DNA of 62,634 nt, counting the filler, from Rhabdomonas costata (taxonomy: Eukaryota), in NCBI GenBank assembly GCA_019059605.1. It is 40 parts of 40 records of this genome, joined end to end, with 100 filler letters (N's around TTAATTAATTAA, not from the genome) between each part and the next. Parts side by side here need not be neighbours in the genome. Positions count along the whole stretch, not along the records: positions 61,167 to 62,634 come from JAHMHO010015171.1; 39 more parts are not named here. The stretch is one strand, 5' to 3'. A model generated the notes under the pieces. The model saw only the letters and a list, made by a program, of their open reading frames with translations, was not told the DNA's origin and made no database searches. Below are positions 62,056 to 62,634 of the stretch, piece after piece. The first letter of the stretch is position 1. Every line of letters begins with the position of its first letter. Position numbers and translations under genes: made by a program.

Positions 62056-62348
62056 CTGCAGCCAAAAGCAGCATCGCCATAGCATAGCTCAAGACAAGGA
62101 CCGTGGGGAAAAAGCCCTATCATCCGTTGTAGCCCCACTCGGCATATATCGACAGCGCAGTTCAATAATGTTTTCGAGCTCGGTTGTAAACACTGGTTGG
62201 TCTGGCTTCGTCCAAAGAAAGAAGTGTCCCAAGTGTGTATTCATGACAGCAGCAGAAACAATTGTTCGCTGTAGCGGAATGCATTTCTCATGGGGCATGC
62301 CCGCTCATACTCACACATAAAAGTTATATGTGTAAACAATTTACAGCA

Positions 62349-62408
62349 TCAATTTAACATGAGTAGTCAATTTAACATGAGTCAATTTAACAGTCAATTT
62401 AACATGAG
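62349..62408 (+). repeat. Four tandem copies of TCAATTTAACA(TGAG)
   Basis: Copies start at 62349, 62367, 62382 and 62394. Confidence 0.85.
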
Positions 62409-62634
62409 CTGATGAAACGTTCGCGTATGGCGTCGTGCACATTTCTTCGGCAGCAAATGAACCTCAACCGATTGTAGCATTTGCTGTGGGACTACCAATG
62501 GCAAACGCTACAGTCGGAACCGCGGCTTTTTCAACGGAGGGAGCGGACTTACGGTAAGACTCGTAACAAAAAGGACACCTTTGGGAATGCCACTCGTGTG
62601 CAAAGCAGAGCATAGAAAGGGTGTCACACAAAAC

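Noticed and set aside
4-62320. Most ORFs in the supplied six-frame track
   Set aside because: They are shadow frames of GC-rich exons, intron read-through, low-complexity sequence or ORFs running into N spacers.
1-62634. rRNA, tRNA, CRISPR arrays or prokaryotic operons
   Set aside because: None recognisable by eye; a covariance-model scan would be needed to exclude small RNAs.

Overview
This is not one locus. It is 40 unrelated contigs of about 1.47 kb, joined by 100-nt spacers (N-run, TTAATTAATTAA, N-run), so nothing can be inferred from adjacency across spacers. Many contigs start with G/T-only and end with A/C-only bases, and four termini fold back on themselves, which points to whole-genome-amplified DNA. 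Most contigs come from an intron-rich flagellated eukaryote. Spliced exons can be reconstructed for CFAP251/WDR66, exportin-1, an ABC1/ADCK2-type kinase, a CNNM/CBS protein, an EGF-repeat protein, a PARP4-like protein, an adenylate-cyclase C-terminus, a claudin/amastin-like protein and an [FeFe]-hydrogenase. Degenerate splice donors, TTAGGG repeats and these gene families suggest a heterotrophic euglenid or other euglenozoan (inference). There are also decayed CRE/SLACS-like non-LTR retrotransposons and a Merlin/IS1595-like transposase. The standout is contig 58031-59498, an AT-rich, intronless viral morphogenesis module. It carries a frameshifted Polinton-like-virus/virophage-type major capsid gene, an Arg-rich core-like protein with adenain-type cleavage motifs, a perfect 14-bp terminal hairpin, a shared upstream motif and the start of a probable protease. 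All protein calls are from motif recognition by eye; no database search was run.
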